Positions 61,215 through 64,000 of a stretch of DNA of 64,000 bases are shown here, piece after piece; within the stretch, counting starts at the first letter, position 1, and each line of letters starts with the position of its first letter. The notes under the pieces were generated by a model, which was not told the origin of the DNA, did no database searches, and saw only the letters and a list, made by a program, of their open reading frames with translations. Origin of the DNA: Escherichia coli (GTDB taxonomy: Bacteria; Pseudomonadota; Gammaproteobacteria; Enterobacterales; Enterobacteriaceae). A program made the translations under genes and the position numbers. The stretch lies in assembly GCF_030013595.1 (NCBI RefSeq), contig NZ_CP122771.1. The stretch is one strand, 5' to 3'.

Positions 61215-61470
61215 TTATATTATCATTTTTCGGCATTGCTGTGTCGTCTGATATACCTCAATTTCATCGACCGGCTTTCCGGTTGTCTGTAAATATTGTG
61301 CCCGCGAAAAATGGTCTGGCAGGAGGCTGCGCAGTTACCGGGTATATATAAGATGGGTTCCCGCTTCGCGGGGCTTCGGCCAGTCAGTATTGTCACTCAT
61401 ATGATATTTTTGTGTGTGGCCTTCCATGCCGCTTTTGCGGCATAACCGGTATCTGACAATGTCTGTAAGA

Positions 61471-61983
61471 TTAATTGTTCTGCACGCTGTTAATTTCCGG
61501 AAGTGATTTCTTCGTGGCCGGAAGCCGGATACCTTTACTGCTTTTTATCCCGGTATAAATCCGGTAAACCTCTGATGCGTAGGCAAGACGTCTCTGGTTC
61601 TGGCGTTCGGATTTCCTGAATCCTGCATTGTATGCACCAACGGCCTCCCAGGTGACGCCCCATTTTTTAAATGCTATTGCCAGATAATAAGCACCGGTAT
61701 AAATGTTCATGCAGGGATCTGTTGTCAGATGTTCCGGCTTAATTCCATAGCGGGCCAGTTCGTTAAAATGCTGGGAATCTACCTGCATCAGTCCGCTGCC
61801 ATATCCCGTTACCGGATTAATACCGATGGCATTAACCCGGTAACGGGATTCTTTCCATGATATTGCTCTCAGTAAATCAGGATCTATTTTGTAATCCCGG
61901 CCTGCAAGATCAAAGCAATCAGTGGCATGGCAGATCTCATTTATAAACATCAGGCAGATGGCTAACATCCATTTTTTCATTTT
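61471..61983 (-). CDS. Gene X / orf169 lytic transglycosylase
   Basis: 170 aa from [12 protein letters not shown]; signal peptide; adjacent to oriT as in F. Confidence 0.85.
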   Translation of the reverse strand, partial: KMKKWMLAICLMFINEICHATDCFDLAGRDYKIDPDLLRAISWKESRYRVNAIGINPVTGYGSGLMQVDSQHFNELARYGIKPEHLTTDPCMNIYTGAYYLAIAFKKWGVTWEAVGAYNAGFRKSERQNQRRLAYASEVYRIYTGIKSSKGIRLPATKKSLPEINSVQNN

Positions 61984-61989
61984 TCCACC

Positions 61990-62390
61990 TCTGGTGACTT
62001 TATCCGTAAATAATTTAACCCACTCCACAAAAAGGCTCAACAGGTTGGTGGTTCTCACCACCAAAAGCACCACACACTACGCAAAAACAAGTTTTTGCTG
62101 ATTTGCCTTTTAAATCATGTAATTAACAAATGCTATTTATATTTAATAATTCTGAATTATTAAATAGAGAGTCGTTGGCGATCCTGTTACGACCCTATAG
62201 CGACCCTTATTAGGATCAGTACTGACAATTTTCATGAAAAACATTGATATATATTAGGGGCGCCACTAGCGCCGGATCGCATTTTTTTATAGGATGATCC
62301 TAGAGGCGCTGCTAGGAGTGTCTTTCTTACTTGTAAACACTATATGCATATTTATAGTGAAAAGTTCATTGCTTAATTATGAAAGGTTTT
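61990..62390. promoter_or_regulatory. oriT (origin of transfer) with nic region about 62060-62080 on the minus strand
   Basis: Reverse complement of 62030-62082 reads GTAGTGTGTGGTGCTTTTGGTGGTGAGAACCACCAACCTGTTGAGCCTTTTTGTGGAGTGGG, near-identical to the F/R100 nic region as remembered. Confidence 0.8.
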
Positions 62391-62395
62391 ATCTT

Positions 62396-62779
62396 ATGGC
62401 CAGAGTAATTTTGTATATCAGTAATGATGTCTATGACAAAGTAAATGCGATAGTTGAACAGCGTCGTCAGGAGGGGGCAAGAGATAAAGATATAAGTGTT
62501 TCGGGAACAGCTTCAATGCTTCTTGAACTGGGGCTTCGCGTACATCAGGCTCAGATGGAGCGTAAAGAGTCTGCATTTAATCAGACTGAGTTTAATAAAT
62601 TACTTCTTGAATGTGTTGTAAAAACACAGTCATCAGTAGCGAAAATTTTGGGTATTGAGTCTCTAAGTCCCCATGTCTCCGGGAATCCAAAGTTTGAATA
62701 TGCCAATATGGTTGAAGATATTCGTGAGAAGGTGTCATCTGAGATGGAACGATTTTTTCCAAAAAATGATGAGGAATAA
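62396..62779 (+). CDS. traM: TraM, relaxosome accessory protein
   Basis: 127 aa starting MARVILYISNDVYDKVNAIVEQRRQEGA. Confidence 0.9.
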   Translation: MARVILYISNDVYDKVNAIVEQRRQEGARDKDISVSGTASMLLELGLRVHQAQMERKESAFNQTEFNKLLLECVVKTQSSVAKILGIESLSPHVSGNPKFEYANMVEDIREKVSSEMERFFPKNDEE

Positions 62780-62882
62780 AAAAGAATTAAAAGTTGATTT
62801 ACTTCAAATAACAGGATTTTGATCTGGTTCAATTTGATGACAATTAACCACATAAAGGGTATATTAATTATGTGGTTAATGC

Positions 62883-62965
62883 CACGTTAAAAATTTAGTT
62901 TAAATCGCCGATGCAGGGAGAGCGACCTCCCTGCATCGACTGTCCATAGAATCCTTTGAGAGGAG
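62883..62965 (-). ncRNA. finP: FinP antisense RNA region (approximate)
   Basis: Perfect hairpin cgatgcagggag-agcga-cctccctgcatcg in the traJ 5' leader just before the traJ RBS. Confidence 0.55.
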
Positions 62966-62971
62966 GTTCCT

Positions 62972-63643
62972 ATGTATCCGACGGATCGTAGACAACTTAA
63001 TACTGAACGTCAAATATATTTGGATAAACAGTCTTTTGTAGATGTTTTTTCAATCCCTGCTTGCGTTCGAAATACTAATGGAGATTTTATCGGCTACAAT
63101 GAAAAATTCTCTAAAGAATTTATAGGTAGTCTTGATATCAAAGAGTGGTTTTACTCCCTTCCTGTACAAGTAGCTACATCGTTTTTAAGAGAAGAACTGG
63201 ATGCTATGTCTTTGCCTTCGTCCATGAATAAAATACAGAGCGTGGCTATAGGTGATAAACTCTGGCTGGTACAATTTATACCATTAATATATGGGGAGGT
63301 GGTTAATGTTTTATGGCTTTTTTTCTGCAAAAATTCTAATGTGATAGTGGATTATTGTAGAGGATTACGTTCAAATATAACAAATGACAGAATGCTTGAA
63401 TTTAAAAACAAATCAACGGAAATCCAATGGAAAGTTTTTATTCTTTATTCATTTGGTTTTTGTCATGAATCGATAGCATCTCTTTTGTCTATTACTAATG
63501 GTTCTTCCCGGAATGCAATTTCAGAAGTGTATAAGTTTTTCGGTATACATTCAAAACATGATTTGTTAATGATTTTTCATACAAGTAGGATGCATAGTTT
63601 ATTTTTTGATGAATTGTTTTTTATTTTAAAATGTGCTGAATAG
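62972..63643 (+). CDS. traJ: TraJ, transfer operon activator
   Basis: 223-aa AT-rich ORF between traM and traY. Confidence 0.8.
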   Translation: MYPTDRRQLNTERQIYLDKQSFVDVFSIPACVRNTNGDFIGYNEKFSKEFIGSLDIKEWFYSLPVQVATSFLREELDAMSLPSSMNKIQSVAIGDKLWLVQFIPLIYGEVVNVLWLFFCKNSNVIVDYCRGLRSNITNDRMLEFKNKSTEIQWKVFILYSFGFCHESIASLLSITNGSSRNAISEVYKFFGIHSKHDLLMIFHTSRMHSLFFDELFFILKCAE

Positions 63644-63779
63644 TTGATGTTTTGTTTTTGTTAAAAACAAGGTGACATTATGTCACCTTGTTTTGTTAAT
63701 GTAATTTACTCTATTTTTGTTTCTATTTTTATGGATTCGTATAATTATATTTAATTATCTAAGTGGCTGAGGAGGAGAC

Positions 63780-64000
63780 TTGAGCAGAAATATAATAAGG
63801 CCTGCTCCGGGCAATAAAGTTTTACTGGTATTGGACGATGCTACTAATCACAAGCTCTTAGGTGCCCGGGAGCGCAGCGGGAGAACAAAAACTAATGAGG
63901 TGCTAGTCAGGTTACGTGATCATCTGAGCCGTTTTCCTGACTTTTATAATCTGGATGCAATAAAGGAGGGAACAGGGGAAACTGATTCGATAATTAAAGA
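63780..64000 (+). CDS. traY: TraY (5' part; truncated by window end)
   Basis: TTG start after GAGGAGGAG RBS; ribbon-helix-helix-like N-terminus; runs off window. Confidence 0.7.
   Translation, partial: MSRNIIRPAPGNKVLLVLDDATNHKLLGARERSGRTKTNEVLVRLRDHLSRFPDFYNLDAIKEGTGETDSIIK

Noticed and set aside
1-64000. Antibiotic-resistance or integron cargo
   Set aside because: No beta-lactamase, aminoglycoside-modifying, tet, sul or integrase-like translations were seen in any frame

Overview
The window reads as almost a complete F-like (IncFII, R100/R1-type) conjugative plasmid backbone, read across the plasmid origin. (1) 1-30023: tra/trb type IV secretion and DNA-processing operon on the + strand, in canonical order from traB to traX, then an intact finO. 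It carries two non-canonical insertions: a two-gene AT-rich cassette between traU and trbC, and one ORF between traT and traD. (2) 30.1-40.0 kb: maintenance segment with a NYN-like and a DUF2726-like nuclease-fold gene pair, a second small P-loop-like paralog, srnB/pndA (hok family), the RepFIIA replicon (copB/repA2, copA, repA1, oriR), a ParD-like antitoxin with a truncated ParE-like toxin, an orphan 307-aa gene, and stbA/stbB (parM/parR) partition. (3) 40.0-61.2 kb: leading region, all genes on the + strand: two orphan DNA methyltransferases, ArdB/KlcA-like antirestriction, ssb, a ParB-like nuclease, psiB, psiA and hok/sok. It is interrupted by an IS66-family element with 8-bp target duplications and by a group II intron with a reverse transcriptase/maturase/HNH ORF. 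It is organised by two families of long direct repeats that sit immediately upstream of genes; one family carries a long hairpin with compensatory base changes, consistent with a single-strand promoter of the Frpo type. (4) 61.4-64.0 kb: gene X (orf169 lytic transglycosylase), oriT, traM, finP, traJ and the start of traY. No rRNA, tRNA, CRISPR array or antibiotic-resistance gene was seen. All homology statements are from reading the translations against memory; no database search was run.
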